Positions 62,061-64,000 of a stretch of 64,000 bases of DNA are shown here, one piece after another; the first letter of the stretch is position 1, and each line of letters starts with the position of its first letter. The notes beneath the pieces were generated by a model. That model was not told where the DNA came from and made no database searches. It saw nothing but the letters and a program-made list of their open reading frames with translations. A program made the position numbers and the translations under genes. Origin of the DNA: Raja brachyura (taxonomy: Eukaryota); contig OY740781.1 in the NCBI GenBank assembly GCA_963514005.1, forward strand, positions 179,056,001 through 179,120,000. The letters run 5' to 3'.

Positions 62061-64000
62061 AAAATGTGTATTGCTGTATCTCTCACTTATATTGTGACTC
62101 TACAATCCAAATATTATTCCTCATTTCAGCTATCCAGCTACCTCCAAGAGATAGAAATGTACATTTTCCAAAATAAGAAACTCTATCAATTTTGTCAAAA
62201 TCCTAAATGATTCAATGTCACTTCCTGACCAAATCTTTAACCATGAGAACCACACTTCTAATTTATCCTCGTTTATAAGAATCCTCCCAAGAAACTGCTA
62301 GCCTAAGTGAAATTCAGTTTGCGTGCCTCAAACCATTTTCTACCAGGCACAAGTCGAATCATGGACCACAAAAGCTTAGATAAAAATACTACAGCAGAGC
62401 ATAACAAGTGGAGAGGGGACACAAGAGACTGTAGATTTCGTGTATGGAGCTAACAAACATTGATGGAAGAACTCAGTGGGTCAAGCAGCATCTGTAGAGA
62501 AAAGGTGTTGGTTAATGTTTCAGGGTGAGACCTTGCATCAGAACATAAGAGACTAGAAGTTAAGATGGGTTTATCTTACTTTACATTTTACACTAGAAAT
62601 TAGCCCCTCCGTGACTCCAAACATTAAGAAGGGCAAGTAATTGGGAACACAGACACATGCAAATTCCTATCCTCTCCTTACTTGGTAACATAGTAACCAT
62701 GTCCCTTGAGCAAAAGAAAGAGTTCTGTTTAGTTTAGAGATACAGCGTAGAAACAGACCTTTTGGCCCACCGAGTCCATTGATCACCCGCACACTAATTA
62801 CATGTTATCCCACTTTTGCATCTTACACACTTGGGGCAATTTATGGAAGCCAATTAACCTACAAACCTGTATGTCGTACTTGAAATTGGCACATTCAATG
62901 CTCATACCATAGGTATACAAGCGGAATACAAGGTGCTGTTCTTAGAGTTTGTAGATGTCAGAGGATAATTTGCCCTCTGCGATGGTGAGAGACGAGAAAT
63001 GGGAGAGGGTCATGAGAGATAGTCCAAGGAAGCAATAGGCGGTCCCAATGTAGTCATCAATGTAGTGAAGAAATATTTGGCGAATGGTGTCGGGGTGTGT
63101 TTGTGTTCAATGTAACCAACAAAACGAAAGGCATGCGAGTGCTCTTGGCTACACCTTTGACTTGAAGAGGTAAGAGGAATCAAAAGTTAATCATTTTTCA
63201 CTGGATCTGGCCTCCTCTACATTGGCGAGATGAAGTGTAGACTAGCTACCGCTTTGCCAAACACATACTCTGTCCACCAAGACATGCTGGAGCTCTTAGT
63301 TGCTAATCATTTTAACTCTCCTTTCTTCCATTGTAAAGACAGAACTGCAAGTACTTGATAACAAAGCAAATTGATTTAAGCACTTGCAAATCCTCAGATA
63401 AGCATGTTATTCATACCTGCATGCAGTAACACAACATTCAGACATGGACTGAGGAGTGGCAAGTCAAATGTGTATGTGATAAATGTCTACAATGACCAAC
63501 TTCAACAAAAAACATGGATTTTTAAACCATTATTTCTAAGTTACTATACTACATGTTCTGTGCAAGGGAAGGAGTCAAGGCAATTGGGTTGACATGTAAC
63601 TTATAAAGAGAAAATTGGTTAATAGACTGAAAATAAAAAGCAATTATAACCAGGTCATTTTCTAGTTGACAGTGTGGAACCAGCGAACTGCTACAAGGAC
63701 ATACCAACAGAATTAATAACTCACTAAAAGGAACTCAGCCCTTCAAGCTTGTTTTGCATTCAATGAAATCACAAGTGACACGATTAGTTCAGCATTCCAG
63801 CTACTTCCGGTAAACTTTCAACTGCATACTTATCAAGAAACTATGCTTCTTTCTGCCTTAAATATATTCAAACTCACCACTTCCACATCCTATTGAGGAA
63901 TCACAATGAAGGAGGAAAATAAATAAAATCACCTCAACCACTGTAAATGAGCCACCCTTTTTCTTTTTAAGAGGGGCCCCCTAGTTTTAGATTCTGTACG

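Overview
Repeat-rich vertebrate genomic DNA. The repeat repertoire (HE1/V-SINE-like SINEs, CR1, Rex1/Babar, L1/Tx1, Penelope, DIRS, Tc1) and the J-chain sequence suggest a cartilaginous fish, probably a skate or ray (inference). Three host genes, none recovered correctly by the ORF track, were built by hand from GT-AG exons. (1) An ELR-negative CXC chemokine on + (20380-21392, or to 22483 with a fourth exon). (2) The immunoglobulin J chain gene JCHAIN on + (exons 35928-35991, 38615-38741, 40297-40377, 43120-43216; 122 aa). (3) The last four exons of an annexin A5-like gene on - (60202 to 55587). The chemokine and JCHAIN lie about 13.5-14.5 kb apart on the same strand and have matching exon architecture. 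This J chain stops early, while a J-chain-like C-terminal tail survives downstream in another frame. The left half holds three copies of a repeat-built block with copy-specific nested insertions. Also present are two DIRS retrotransposons, a family of GC-rich bipartite retroposons (one with a VNTR), and many Penelope-derived hammerhead-like palindromes. Everything was read manually with no database search; repeat boundaries are approximate unless a TSD or TIR is quoted.
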